From Octopus vulgaris (lineage: Eukaryota): 64,000 nt of DNA. Positions 41,015-56,698 of this stretch are shown here, one piece after another. Below the pieces are notes generated by a model, which worked only from the letters and a program-made list of their open reading frames with translations, was not told the DNA's origin and did not search any database. Location of the stretch: the NCBI GenBank assembly GCA_951406725.2, contig OX597820.1, positions 49,910,001 to 49,974,000 of the forward strand. The letters run 5' to 3'. The translations under genes were made by a program, and so were the position numbers. Position 1 is the stretch's first letter. Each line of letters opens with the position of its first letter.

Positions 41015-41063
41015 ACTAATACATCTGCTTGTTGTTTACACACCCGTCTTCATCTTTTGTTTT
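41015..41063 (+). mobile_element. Very short 3'-terminal fragment of the same PLE family, between (TA)n tracts
   Basis: actaatacatctgcttgttgtttacacacccgtcttcatcttttgtttt is homologous to 24117-24165. Confidence 0.6.
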
Positions 41064-41088
41064 ATATATATATATATATATAAATATA

Positions 41089-41128
<40 letters not shown>

Positions 41129-41129
41129 C

Positions 41130-41200
<71 letters not shown>

Positions 41201-41414
41201 TATAATTTAGGGTATCTAAGAGATACCACCACCCTGGAAGTAGCAGCAAAAACCTGACTCTAAATCCACATTAAATGTTCATACATTTAAGAAAAGACAA
41301 CAAGACAAAAATAAACTAGCAAAAAATTACTGGATAATTCCATGATCCCGGATTTCTGGCTCTGCATAAGAAATGCTTTGCCTCATGAATGAAATATGCA
41401 CAAATAGCACATAA

Positions 41415-41449
<35 letters not shown>

Positions 41450-41651
41450 AAACATATGAATACTTAATTATACGATCGTATATGCACGTCTGCACACGAC
41501 CAGTTTAAATTGCCCGCCTAAAACTTCTTGTGCGATATGGTAAAAAATATCACCGCAGTGAATATAATGACGAAATGAATATATAAATTTATAAATATAT
41601 ATGTGTGTTTGTGTGTGTGTGTGTGTGCGTGTGTGTGTTTGTGTGTGTGTT

Positions 41652-42069
41652 TACGGCAAATAAGAAAATAGAGAGGATACAAAACGACATACATCATCCA
41701 GTTGATATTCCAGTGTGTATGTTTATTCCAAAGCGTTAGAAAACATTAGAAGAAAACATACACATGCAATAACTATGTGTTACACATACATTTTAATATT
41801 ACAGAAAAGAGCAAAAGATGAGTTCCTTACGGCCGTTTCTGCCAGCACAGAAGAGATGGGGATGGCATGTAGGATATCGTTGCCTCTTGGCAGAAACGGC
41901 CGTAAGGAATTGGTATTTTGCTCTTTTCTGTAATATTAACACATGTGTGTGTAACACATAGTTACTGCATGTGTATACTTTCTGATGCTTTGGAATAAAT
42001 ATACACACTAGAATATCTACCGGATGATGTATGTTGTTTTGTATACTCTCCATTTTCTTATTTGTCGTA
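41652..42069. mobile_element. Fold-back element (~190-bp arms) with half-HHR motifs at the inner ends
   Basis: Arms at 41652-41844 and 41888-42069. The inner ends read GAAA-cggccg-TA-aggaa (palindromic helix III plus cleavage dinucleotide). TA at both outer ends. Confidence 0.75.
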
Positions 42070-42238
42070 TAAATTAAGGTTAAACCACTCTTTACCCCCG
42101 TCCATGCATGACACTCAATTGCGAGATTGCCACGCAATAACCAGCATTTGGGTATTAATAATTGGGTACACGACCTGCAGTACATTGGATAGGCACTATC
42201 CCTGAGTTGATTGGTTTCCCAACCTCTAAATCTCATAG

Positions 42239-42300
<62 letters not shown>

Positions 42301-43203
42301 TTATGTATACGTCTGTGTGCTTGTGTGTATGTGCGTGTGTGTGCTCGCTCGCGTTCGTGAGTGTGTGTATGCATATAAAGATAACACAAACTCAATTCTG
42401 CAGCTCTATATTGAATCACTAACACTAAAATGCACTTTTCACCATTTTCTTCTTCACATTTTGCTGCTACTCATTATCTAGCAATCCTATCCATTCCTCT
42501 TCCAATCCGAAACTCTAAGCATCGTTGAATTTCTTATATAATATAATCTTTTAAGGTAAAAAAGCAAAAATGCACCGGTTGACATTGATTTATGCATATC
42601 TATCTATTATCTATCTATCTAATATATATATATATATATATACACACACTCTCATATATATGTATATATATACACATATATATACATATATATATGTATA
42701 TATATATACATATATGTACATATACATATACTTATATATAAATGTACACACACACGCGCACACACATAAACATCACACATACATATACACACACGCTTGT
42801 TCATATACATTTATGTATAAGAGTAATATATGTACAAATAACGAAAAAAAACTATATGTGCATGATCTACATATAAAAGTTTGTGTGCATATGCGTGTAT
42901 AGTTGTAATAGTAGATTAAGGTTTATTCCACTGCAAATGTTAATCCTAAAGCAAATATTTCTTTAATCTTTCGCTTGACAACGAAAAGTATACATGAAAC
43001 CGAAACCAAGAATTCTCTAAGAAAGCAAGAAACGGCAATGGATAAAATGAATAATGAAAAGAAGAATTAAATCATATATATGCATATACAAGGGAAGAAA
43101 CAACCAAATAATATAACAATATGTGTATAAAAACATACACACAAACATATACACCTCTATGTGTATATATATATATTTATATATATATACACATAAATAC
43201 ATG

Positions 43204-43267
<64 letters not shown>

Positions 43268-43501
43268 GTATGTATATATATGGAGAGAGAGAGAGGAATA
43301 AAGAGAGAGATGAAAGTGAGAAAGGTAGATGCATTTAGATATAAATAGCTAGATAGAAACAAACGATATATTGAGGTATATATATATAAATATATAAAAA
43401 TACGGAGAGGGACAGAACGAGAGATAAAGAGATGGAGAAAGAGGGAGAGAGGGGCAGAGAGCGGTGGGCGAGAGATTTAGAGATACAGAGATAAATAGAT
43501 T

Positions 43502-43597
<96 letters not shown>

Positions 43598-43911
43598 TAA
43601 GATGTATTTTATATATATATATATATATACACACATAGATGCTTGTATTTTTGTATATATACATGTATCTATCTGCGTGTATCTCCATATGAACATTGCC
43701 ACAGAAAAACCAACCGAGATATAGATCGATTTTGAAAGAAGCTGTACGTAAGACATTTCCTTTCAATTTCATTCTCGTCTCATTTTCTGCTATTTTTTTT
43801 TACTCTCTTCCCGCGTTCGATTTGAAAGTAATTCAAACAGAATTAAGAGCTGTAACAACAACGTCAACAACGAACACCGATGAAAAGACAACGGTAAGAG
43901 CGTTGGCAAAA

Positions 43912-43999
<88 letters not shown>

Positions 44000-44023
44000 C
44001 TACTACTACTTCTACTACTACTT

Positions 44024-44101
<78 letters not shown>

Positions 44102-44164
44102 ATAATAATAATAATAATAATAATACTTCTACTACTACTACTACTACTACTACTACTGCTACTG

Positions 44165-44207
<43 letters not shown>

Positions 44208-44312
44208 AACTGCTGCTGATACTACTATTACTACTACTAGTACTACTACGACTACAACAACTACTACAACGACGACAACTACAACGACTACTACTACTAC
44301 TACTACTACTAC
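43912..44312. repeat. (ACT/AAT/GCT)n trinucleotide array
   Basis: Seen directly. Confidence 0.95.
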
Positions 44313-45560
44313 GTAATTCCTGTTGCTATTGTGTATATTGTATTCCTATTATTTATATTATATGATTTTCTATAATCGTTTAATTTCCTTTTCAAAATCC
44401 TCTCTGAATATTCATTAGTCAATCTATCTATCTTTCTCTCTCTCTCCCCCTTTCTCTGTCTCTCTCTGTATATCTATCTACCTGTCTATCTATGCCCATA
44501 TAATGAAGTGTACCTACGCACACATGAACGCTTGAGAGCATAGAGAAGTGGGTAGATGAAAAGATAGGTAGATAGATAAATAAGCAGTTAGAATACAAGA
44601 ATCAATACAATTGATATTTGTTGTTTTTATGACAAACCAGAAGATAAGCAGACGTTAATTTTCAAAAGGGATTATGTGTGTGTGTATATACACACTGGAA
44701 TTATAGACAGTCCCACCCCGGATTTAAAAGGTTCCGGAAATGAAAACACTGCACTGCAGCAAAACACAATGAAAAATAACATAAATATTTTGGCAAATCA
44801 GTAGTGCTGAGATTGTATCCCTGCAGGCAGCAGAATAAACTCATTTTTAAAACTGGTGCAATTTGCAAACACGGTAAATATCCGATTATATAATAGGAAC
44901 GGAATTGTAGTGAGGATACGGTATGTGAACAGAAAGTGAAAAAGATTTCGCGAATTAACCTATGGAATAATGTCTTAAAAACATAAGTTACGCAATGTTC
45001 GGCAAGAAAATTTACGGTGCCCTTACAAGGGAAAGCACAAGTCAAAAATCTCGAAAAGAAATATAAAATAGCAATATTTTCTTCCTAAATGTTAACACGA
45101 AGATCAGCATGGTGATAATTTGGTATGAAAGATATAAATAAATAAGAAAACAATAATAATTTTATTGAAACTATATACAAATACGAAGTCTATCGCTAAT
45201 CAGGAATGCGCTAATTGAAACGCGTGATAATCTGCAGCGCAACATCAAAACAGGGAACTGGATTGTGAATAAGGAAAACGGTAAGAGAAACAAATTTCAC
45301 AACATAAAATTTATAAGCTGGTCATGACGTGCGTTTGGCACACAGACGCAGGCGCGCGCACGCACACACATACACACATATGCATGCACATAAACACGCA
45401 CGCACACACACGCACACTGTTTATAAACTTGCTTTAAAATAAGGTTGAAACATAGTTCACCCTAAAGTCGCAACAACGGGAAACCTGGATCATAAAAAAG
45501 GAAATAAAAAATCCAGTGTAAATAACCCCACTTACCCTCTCTCGATTTCTTTTACTCTCT

Positions 45561-45596
<36 letters not shown>

Positions 45597-45789
45597 TCAT
45601 CTATAATCGCGTTCAAATTTATACACTTGTAAATATGTATATATTTATATTGACATACATACATACATATACACATACGTACGTACATACATACGTACGT
45701 ACATACATACGTACATACATACAAATATACATACACACACATACATACACACATACATGCATACATGCATACATACATACATACATACA

Positions 45790-45823
<34 letters not shown>

Positions 45824-46425
45824 CATACATAGTTATATACATGGAAACATACATACAAATAGACAGACGCCACACAGCCAAACATAAAATGGCGAATATA
45901 TAATTCAAATGATCTAAAACTCAGAACACCTTCCCTAGACTAAAAGGGAAGTTTTCCTTCATAAAATCTGTTCGACACATCTCACTTTATACGTCGAGTT
46001 TAACATAACAAAAGCCTGGCTTTAATAAGCAAACATATCTACTTTAATCACCGTTACCGGAAATTACCTGATGGTTATAACTTAAAATTAGCTACAGTTG
46101 CGCAAGTAAGCCAACTAAACTGTACAAATAGGAACTAATTTGTAGGCCTCCTCAATCAGTCATGCAATGTCGAAGCAAATATCTATGACGAAGTTATTTC
46201 GACGTAGCAAAATTGAGATTCTGACCGCAGATACTACGCTGATAACGTGGCTGATAAATTCAGCATTACATTTTAACTGTATTTCTTTTTTATGAACAAA
46301 AGCTGAGTAATGAAAATGACTTATCTGATTATGACTACACAGAAGGAAAGCAGCATTACATTCCATATAGAATAGAAAGATCTCCGAAAGATGGAAACCA
46401 TACGGTAATTGAAATAAAATCTATA

Positions 46426-46590
46426 GGCATAAGAGTGGCTGTGTGGTAAGTCGCTTGCTTACCAACTACATGGTTCCGGGTTCAGTCCCACTGCGTGGCA
46501 CATTGGGCAAGTGTCTTCTACTATAGCTTCGGGCCGACCAAAGCCTTGTGAGTGGATTTGGTAGACGGAAACTGAAAGAAGCCCGTCGTA

Positions 46591-46682
<92 letters not shown>

Positions 46683-46887
46683 CGTGTGTCTGCGTTTCTC
46701 CCCCCACCCAACATCGCTTGACAACCGATGTAGGCGTGTTAACGTCCCCATCACCTAGCGGTTCGGCAATAGAACCGATAGAATAAGTACTAGGCTTACA
46801 AAGAATAAGTCCTGGGATCGATTTGCTCGACTAAAGGCGGTACTCCAGCATGGCCACAGTCAAATGACTGAAACAAGTAAAAGAGTA
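46426..46887 (+). mobile_element. SINE family B, full length
   Basis: tRNA-like head gagtggctgtgtggtaag..ggttcagtccc, CORE-like gcacattgggcaagtgtctt, internal (TA)n(TG)n, tail gactgaaacaagtaaaagag. Confidence 0.9.
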
Positions 46888-47595
46888 GCTTAAGTGTTGT
46901 CGAGAAAATCTCCTTCTTGTGAAGTTTAATAAATCTGTTGACTATTTAAGTTCCAGCGCAGAGAACTTCAACATGTGAATATATACTCTGGCGAACTTTT
47001 GCTGAATAAACGCTAACAATAACTATGATTTCTCTTGTGCAGATATCTAATATAAATAATTGCATTGTCTCATCTGCTTTTCCATTGAGATTTTAACTAA
47101 ATTTCGCCACATTACAGTCCATAAACAATTACATTCTATAGATATACAAATTCAAAGTATAAATTTGTAAAATCGAGTGTTTACTCGCCTAAATTCAACA
47201 GAACAGGAATTCACTTCCAACATTATCACCAACATATTTTTCTGCTTTCTCATTTTTGTTTTAGGAGGGTAAAGTATAAATTCATGGTTATTCGAATGCT
47301 GTCTCTAACGAATCCTAGGTCTACATAGTATCTTCTTTCGTGTCTTATGCCCGTGCGTGTAATGGCATATATAGTTACTTAGTTTCCTGTAACATAAAAT
47401 ATTTATATAGAATAAGCACTGAATATGCTAACCATGCGAAATCTGATTTTAAAAAATCAATAAAATCACAATGAAGTCGCTGCCAACCGTTTACTTCTAT
47501 ATGTTTAAGTACATATTTGGTCTACCAAAAGTATTCCGTTATTCTTTAGTTTAGTGATAAATCGTTTTTATATATAACTTGACAGAAAAGTAAAC

Positions 47596-47636
<41 letters not shown>

Positions 47637-47731
47637 TAAAAAATGGAGTTAACGCAGGTTTAAACAAGTATTTTTACTTTCTACATATTTATTTTTCCGT
47701 GTTAATTGTTAACAAGGTAAAAATACACTCA

Positions 47732-47798
<67 letters not shown>

Positions 47799-47800
<2 letters not shown>

Positions 47801-48210
47801 CGCAGGAGTTGCTGTGTGGTAAGTATCTTGCTTACCAACAACATGGTTCTGGGTTCATTCCCATTGCGTGGCACCTTGGGCAAGTGTCTTCTACTATAGC
47901 CTCGGGTCGACCAAAGCCTTGTGATGGATTTGGTATAGGGAAACGGAAAGAATCCCGTCGTATATATGTATATATATGTATGTGTGTGTATGTTTGTTTG
48001 TCTGTGTTGTCCCCCCCACCAAAACTTGACAACCGATGTTGGTGTGTTTACGTCCCCGTAACTTATCGGTTCGGCAATAGCGACCAAGAGAATAAGTACT
48101 AGGCTTATAAATAATAAATCCTAGGGTCGACTTGTTCGACTAAAGGCGGTGCTCTAGCATGGCCGCAGTCAAATGACTGAAACATGTAAAAGAACAAAGG
48201 AATAAAAGAA
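47799..48210 (+). mobile_element. SINE family B, full length
   Basis: Collinear with 46426-46887. Confidence 0.9.
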
Positions 48211-48276
48211 TATATATAAATATGCATAGAAAATACATGTAAATAAAACCCATGTGTGATATGTTTGCAACGAAGT

Positions 48277-48508
48277 GTAAGAAAAATAGAACAGATAAAA
48301 AAATTTATTTGTTGTAAAATGAAGAGCGGTTAAGAGTTAGAAAATCCATAGAGTTCGATGTGCATTTTAAAAATATATAAATGCTATATAAAGTATATAA
48401 TACAGACTTCCTCAAACTGTATTATATAGATCTTTTAATTGAAACTCTTACCGCTCTTCAGTTTAGTGCCAAAAACAAAATATTTTTATCAGTTCTCTTT
48501 TTCTTACA
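48277..48508. repeat. Decayed inverted repeat
   Basis: tgtaagaaaaatagaacagataaaaa..tgaagagcggttaagagtt versus aactcttaccgctcttca..tttttatcagttctctttttcttaca. Confidence 0.6.
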
Positions 48509-48869
48509 ATTCCTGCATTACGTATGGGTTATATATATATGATAGTTATATATATTTAAAAAAATTATAAATATGAATTAATAATTTTAATTTTAAATTT
48601 AAATAATTAAAATTTAAAAATTTTATATTTTATATATTTTGTATATTATATTTTTATTTTTATGTTTTGGTTTATGTTTTTCACTGTTTGATTTGCCTAA
48701 TAATGGTTTTATCTCTAATTTAATTTATAAACATATATATAATTTGTATACATTTGTATATATAATGCGTACACACACACATATATATATATGTAATGCG
48801 TATATATATATATATATATATATATATAATGTGTGCATTGTGTTGTCGGTTGTGCTGAAAATATGCACA

Positions 48870-49708
48870 CCTATGTTAAAAGTGCTGGTGAGTTTGCATG
48901 ACAACTATTTTTTTCCTAAAATGAAAGGCGTGACCTCTAGGACAAAATTCCTCATCTTATAAAATGTGGCCCGAATGAAATCGGGTTATATTAACCAAAA
49001 TGTGAAAAGAGATCTAAATGGGGCTTGAAGGGGATCAAAATTTACAGGAGCGGATGATTAGGAATTCTCTGTTACATCAAGCTAAAAAAATTGTGCCAGC
49101 CTTTAAATCGTCAATGTGTTGCCGTCCATGATGAAGAAGTTTTGAATGCTTGCCATGGTGAGTCTACTGTCGTGAAAAAGAATCACTTCAAAGCTTGGTG
49201 TTTAGGAATTTTCTTTTACATCAAGTTCAAAATTTTACGCCAGCCGTTAAACTGCCACTACGTTGCTGTCCGTCGTTACGAAATGCCAGCCATGGTGACT
49301 CTACTATCCCAAGATTCTATTCCTTCAATCTTTGGTTTCCAATATTTTTTTTTTTTTATTCAGCTCGCAAGTTTGTCTGTCCCTTTTAAATGTTAGTGTT
49401 TTGCTGTCTGCCTTGAAGCAGACCTTTCCGTTGTCACTGCCTGATATTTATGATTGATCTTTCAAAATATTTTATTTCTCAACTTACTCAAGATATTTTG
49501 TTGTTTATTAATGGGAGAGAGATAGAGAAAGATAGAGAGAAAGAGAAAGCGAGGGAGAGTCCGAGAGAAAGGAAGGGTAAGAGAGTGGGAAAGTGAGAAA
49601 GGAGAGAGAAACAAAGAAGGAGAATGTGGTGATAAAAAGCAGAAAGGAAGCAACAGAAAGTAACAACCACACTCTTACCCGCGCGTAGAGCGGGTCACCT
49701 TAAGCTAG
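48870..49708 (+). mobile_element. Non-autonomous Helitron-like element
   Basis: The 3' hairpin acccgc-gcgtaga-gcgggt precedes CTAG at 49705-49708. An internal imperfect duplication spans ~49060-49300. The 5' boundary is approximate. Confidence 0.6.
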
Positions 49709-49750
49709 AATATATATATATATATACATATATATATGTGTGCGTGTGTG

Positions 49751-49788
<38 letters not shown>

Positions 49789-50245
49789 AGTAAATATAAA
49801 TATATATACATACATACATACATAAAAGGTTTTAGCTGCCAATTCTGTACTAGACATTGTAGATCTTTGTAGATCTTTAGCTGGGCTAAAAAGTCACATT
49901 CGATCACAGCACCAATAACAGTTAAGCTTCGTGCAATGGGCATACTCGATAACGAGGGGGCAGCCATCATATATATATATATGCGCATATATATACATAC
50001 CCACACACACACACACATATATATATATATACATATAAATATGTATATATATACATATATATATACATATATATACATATATATATATACATATATATAC
50101 ACATATATATATATACACATATATATACATACATATATATACATATATATACATATATATGCGCATATATATGTATATATATATACATATATATACACAT
50201 ATATACATATATATACATATATTTATACATATATATATATACATA

Positions 50246-50281
<36 letters not shown>

Positions 50282-51993
50282 CATATATATATATTATACA
50301 TACATAAATATATACATATATACATATATATAACATATATAGATATTTTCATATATACACATATGTGTGCGCTAGAATGAAAACATATGCTTTTCTTCTC
50401 ATCCATGTGGTTCTAGGTTCGTTCCCCAATGCAGCATCTTTGGCAACTATTTCCTATCGATGCCTTGTCTTGACTTATACCTTGTGAGTGAAAATCAATA
50501 GATCAATACACAGAAATCAAAGTTTAAGAATCGGCTACGTGCGTGTGCGTGCATGTTTTTGTGTATGTATGGATATATATGTATAGCTCTCTGTGTATTT
50601 GAGCATGTTCGTCTGTATTTTGGTGGGTAGTGGGGTGCCCGTGTATAGTCTTATCATATACCTTACACATAAAGAAACTTTCAACATTTCAAACGCCACC
50701 ACCATGCATGTTCTATTACCATAAATACATGAAGACAGCACCAACTTTTATCAGTTAATTGCAGCTAGTTTGCAAGTCCAAGAACATCAAAACTCTTCCC
50801 CTTGTTGCAAGCCAGAATGATTGATATGATTTTAAGCAGTTTAATCTTACATTACAACTTATCGTAAACTTCCAGCTTAACTTCAATCAACTATCAAGAA
50901 ATGCATTCAAATTCGTCCATTTTAAGGCTATCTTTGTCTTTCTCTCACCGAAGCCAGAGGAACCTAACCACCTGAGAAAAATATTACGCAAGTAACTAAA
51001 ATTCATATGTTTGCCAGCTATACCAAAAAAAGTTATTAGACCATCTAACTACTACCACCGTATAAATGCACACTAATTAAAAATTACGGGTAACACCGAA
51101 TCATCATCAAAAGATCATTTGGCTTAAGCAGTATATTACCTAATCATTATTTGGCTTAATCACTAAACAGAGGCGTTAAACATCTGTTTTCACTCCTTGA
51201 GTCTTTTCGTCAAACTGCACTATCCGGAAAAGGATGTTCAATGAGGGAAACAAATTTAAAAAAAGAAAAGAAAAACGTACAACAGACACACAAGATTCCA
51301 TTTGATAAAGCACGACAAAAAATGTTCTTTTATTAACAATATTAGTAGTGGGATCATATGTTTCATTATTCTCGATCTGCTCGAACAGGTCTGATCATAG
51401 CTACACAGCTACACGATTACAAAATGCAACGGCAACGACGAAGACAATAAGAACAATAAGAACGACGATGACATCTGCGTGAACAGCTACAACAAGAACA
51501 AAGCACCCCTTCCACATAAGCATTTGAACATATCAATATTAAGCAATGAAAGATAGTCTAATTGGTTGAAAGACGTCCTAAAAGTAGCAATCAAATCACC
51601 CTCAAATCTCAAGGTACAACATAAAAACGATACGTAATATATAATATGGACCTGAAAAGACGTCTACGGCAGCAACACCAATAGCTGGCTTCTATGTGTA
51701 ACATTACATCTCAATTTTGAACTGCAAAGTAGGTCATCATAGTTGTTCATTTGCCAATCACAGTTGCTATAAGAAATTTCAACACCCCTCTGAGACTCTA
51801 TTATTCTTCTATTGCCATTAAAATATTTGATTGTACGTCTGTTATTATTGGCCCATTATTCAATCAACATTAATGACAAAGAATACAACTAAGACATCCA
51901 TCCATACACACACGCATGCATATGCATTTATAGATACATATATGTACATATATATATGTAATATATGTATAGGCATACTTATATATGTATATG

Positions 51994-52033
<40 letters not shown>

Positions 52034-52063
52034 ATAAGTATATTCGTATATCTATGTACCTCT

Positions 52064-52122
<59 letters not shown>

Positions 52123-52133
52123 TAAATATATAA

Positions 52134-52208
<75 letters not shown>

Positions 52209-53554
52209 TGTATGTATGTATGTATGTATGTATGTATGTATGTATGTATGTATGTATGTGTGTGTGTATTTATATGCATATATACGTACATTCTCTTGTT
52301 GATGCGTGCACATGTTTATATGTATACATTCATTCATAATATATAGGAATGTGTATATGCCTACTTCTATAGGTACACATGGCGGCTGAACAACTAGGAA
52401 AAGTAGCATCTAAATAACATAAGGGAACAATAATTTGACAGGTGTATGTATAAAAATTATACGGATACTGAATTACATTGAAAAGCACTGTCTCTGTTTA
52501 ACAGAGATAAAAATAGGGGATGGATGTTTAAAAAATGGTAGAGCCCTGAGAATTAGAGAAAACTACATTTAAAATATATATAAAAGTTGAGCATTTTATA
52601 ACAGCTTTGTCGACATAGAAATTGGCGCATAGACGAAGAAAGAGGTGAACAGAGGTGGATATTAAATACATCTAGTTTGGTAAATATTAAAATCAGTATA
52701 TATAAAATACAAAGAAGGATAGAGGGAATAAGTGAAGATAGAAATACAAAGAGTAAATAAGTGAATAAGACCGTACTTAAAATATAAGAAGACTAAAAAT
52801 CGTTGATTGGCAGAAATTTTTGCTATAAAGTATTTATGAAAATATTTCGACATCATCGTAGGAAAATGAAAGCTAAACAAAATATTTATAACTTTACATT
52901 CTGGCAAATAATTTTCACTCTCCGTTGATGGACGTTTGCGGCAATTCTAAAGGTGATGTCTAAATTTTGATTCGAGATTTATTTTAATTTTGTAAAAATT
53001 TATTTGTCAACAAAGGAAAAAAAAAAAGCGACTGATTGTTTGTTTCTCTCTGTATATGCGTGGGAGCACGAGTGTGTATACGAGTCTATATAAGAAGCTA
53101 AAACAAACGTGGGGTGAAGCTGGAAACATTGACAATTGCTTTGATGTTACCTCTTCAGAAGGGACATAAATGTATTCTGCTGCTATACGTGTGACAGTCA
53201 GAGGACATTGAAGATCATCTAACCAGAAAAAGTAGAAAGAATACATCAACTGTCTCCTGGTCTCCTGGTCACAGTCCCGAGGTTTGTTGAAAAAACATGG
53301 TCCACCTTTATGTGAAGAGCTATTAATGTAAAATACGGATATCACATACCACCTTTCAGTAATATCACTTCGACATTTTTTCTGAGGATGAATCTCGAAT
53401 TCAAGGTGATGTGCAATAGAAAACTATTCTAGAAGACAAGTAGTAGAAAAGGCAGAAAAGAGATGAAGCAAAGGCAAACCAAAAGCGTATGCATTTGTTT
53501 GTGTGAATTAAGAGCCATACTTACGCAAAAGTAAAACTAAAGGCAAATTTACAG

Positions 53555-53599
<45 letters not shown>

Positions 53600-53616
53600 T
53601 GTATGCATGTATGTAT

Positions 53617-53661
<45 letters not shown>

Positions 53662-53678
53662 ATGTGTATATATTAAGT

Positions 53679-53760
53679 TTTATCGACCCCCAAAAGGATG
53701 AAAGACAACGTCGATCCCTCTGGCATCTGAACTCAGAAAGTAAAGTCGGAAGAAACGTCG
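53679..53760 (-). mobile_element. SINE family A fragment
   Basis: tttatcgacccccaaaaggatgaaagacaacgtcga..tgaactcagaa. Confidence 0.7.
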
Positions 53761-54234
53761 CTTGTTTATATCGCTAGCGAGGACATTAATCTCTACCACG
53801 TCCAGCACCGAGACCTCATTATCGTGATTTCGACCTTGTTTGGTCTTGTCAATGACGAACACTTGACGGCTAGTGTATGCAAACATCCATAGATAAATAG
53901 ATAGATGTAGCGAGATTGATGGATAGAAAGACACGCGCAAATATATGTAGATGGGTTAACTAATTGTTATATTTTATTCACTATCGTCTTCCTTTCTTTC
54001 CTATATTTTTTATAATATTCCTCTTCGTATTTCTTCTCACGTTCTATAACAACAATAACTGCAGAAGCAGCAGCAGCCGATGTGGTGGTGTTGGTGTTGG
54101 TACTAGAAGTGGTGGTGACGTCGCCGTACTTTCGTAAGCACAAACTTTCAACCGCGTCGTTTGCACACTATATTCTCATTTTTACCTTTCTCCACCAACA
54201 TCACCTTTATCAACCTCGATACTACAACTACCAT

Positions 54235-54276
54235 TGTCATCACCACCACCACTACCATCACCAACACCATCACCAC

Positions 54277-54317
<41 letters not shown>

Positions 54318-54725
54318 CCATCATCATCATCGTCGTCGTCGTCGTCGTCGTCATCATTATTATCATCATCATCATCATCATCATCACCACCACCACCACC
54401 AGCATCAACAGCACCATCATCATCATCATCATCATCATCGTCCTCGTCGTCATCATCATCTTCATCATCATCATCCACTTCCTCCTCCTCCTCGTCATAA
54501 TCATCATCATCATCAGCAGCAGCAGCAGCAGAAGCACCATCATCGTCGTCGTCATCATGGTCATCACCACCAACAATCATCTGCCATCGTCGCCATCGTT
54601 GTCGTCGTCGTCGTCATCATCATCGTCATCATCACCATCATCTGTCGTAGTCGCCACCGTTGTCGTCGTCGTCATCATCATCATCATCACCATCATCACT
54701 AACGTCATCATCATCATCATCGCCA
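54235..54725. repeat. Compound (CAT/CAC/CGT/CAG)n trinucleotide array
   Basis: Seen directly; it produces the poly-His and poly-Asp artefact ORFs. Confidence 0.95.
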
Positions 54726-55107
54726 TCAAGAACAACAACTGCAGCAGCATCCTCATTTTGATACCGGTTACTATAATCAATTTAATTTAACTTTTTTTTT
54801 TTCAAATAATTACCTTTCCTATACAAATACAAGGTTTGAGGCGTATTGTAAAAAGCCTTGTGCTAATCATTACTATAAACAGCATTTTCAGCATCATTCC
54901 CAACGTCGTCAGCCTTGTACTACACACACATACATGCATACACATGTACACGTATGTATATACGCATGTACGAATGTGTATGTATGCATACATACATACA
55001 TACATACATACATACATACATACATACACTCATATATCCATACATATAAATATATGTATATATTCATGCATTTCTACGCATCTATATAATACACACAGAC
55101 ACACGCA

Positions 55108-55193
<86 letters not shown>

Positions 55194-55558
55194 ATATCAA
55201 TAAATATGTGTATATGTATGCGCATGTACATATATTTGTATGTAAGGCTATTTGTATTTTGTATGTGTGTATGCAAGTTCTTTCCACTTTTTTCCCCTAA
55301 ATAATGGTTTATAGTTTAAGAGGATCAATTTTGTGAGAATTTCCCGATAATCTTTAAAAACAATGGTATATAATTTAACGAAAGAAAGTTTCTATGTCAC
55401 CGTTCTTGTTGCATTCTTATTTAAATGGTTCTGGTACACAACACTATTTTCAATTCGAGTATATATCATGTTAATATCATGATATTTTTGTTGTTTCTGC
55501 GAGAAATATTCATTATTAGTGTTACTATAACAACAACAAAAGTGGTAATCGTTGTTGC

Positions 55559-55602
<44 letters not shown>

Positions 55603-56405
55603 GTCGTATCAGGAGCAAAACTGCTGATATTTCTGTGTTTGTATGTATATGTATGTTAGCGTGTGTGTGTGTCTGTTTGTGTGTGAGTGCACGTAGTTAT
55701 GTGTGTGTTTCTGATATCGGATAATATTTCTCATGCTAAAGTTCTAATTAGAGATTCATTATGCAAAACGGAATAAAGAAAAATAGGAAGAGAAATATAG
55801 ACAACTAAATGAACAAAATTAAAAAGGAGAAAAAGAAACAAGCAAATAAAATAGCACATATATCACTAAAATAAAATGATAATTCCCATGCATACAACAT
55901 ACGTCAGCTCTGTATTTCGTTTTTGTGCTTGTTTCTATTTTGGTTCTAAGAATTTTCTGATAATGCCCCTAAAAACGGTGAGAAACACCTTAGTTCTAAA
56001 ATCGATTTTAAACTTTGGCACATGATCCGTAATTTGCCGAGTAGGAATATAGTATATTCGATTTAATTGAACATAGGCATCATTGACAACGTTTTATTTT
56101 ATCGATACCGGTCGAATGAAATGCAAGGTCTGCCTTCAAGTTCCGGTAAGGTCATAATTATAATTACACACTCGCAAAACGTAAAAAAAAAAAATAAATA
56201 AATAAAAAACATTCAACTCTAGTACTACAACAGTTGCTGCCAATGCTACTGTTGCATATGTATATGTATGTATGAATGCATGCTTAAAAAATAAAACTGC
56301 AGATACATTATCCTTACATATCTCACGTCTGTTTTCATTCCTCTAGTTGACTCCGTATTTCATATCTTCACAATAATAACTATTAGTTAACCATTTTCTC
56401 GCACC

Positions 56406-56453
56406 GTCTCTGATGAAGGGATACATAAAATATGCCAGAAACAGCTGTAAGAC
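56406..56453 (+). ncRNA. Type I hammerhead ribozyme with canonical core
   Basis: gtct-CTGATGA-agggatacataaaatatgcca-GAAA-cagctg-TA-agac: helix I gtct/agac, palindromic helix III CAGCTG, GUA cleavage triplet. It lies ~50 nt upstream of (TA)n. Confidence 0.8.
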
Positions 56454-56551
56454 CTCTTTATAAATGTTCTGAAAACTTTCACAACCTGGCATTTTTTTTA
56501 TCTCATATATATATATATATATAGCTAGCTAGCTAGATAGATAGATAGATG

Positions 56552-56603
<52 letters not shown>

Positions 56604-56665
56604 CATACATACATACATACATACATACATACATACATGCATACATGCATACATACATACATACA

Positions 56666-56698
<33 letters not shown>

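Noticed and set aside
44688-45060. Possible Tc1-like left end (ta-cacactgg...)
   Set aside because: No matching right TIR or transposase motif was found.
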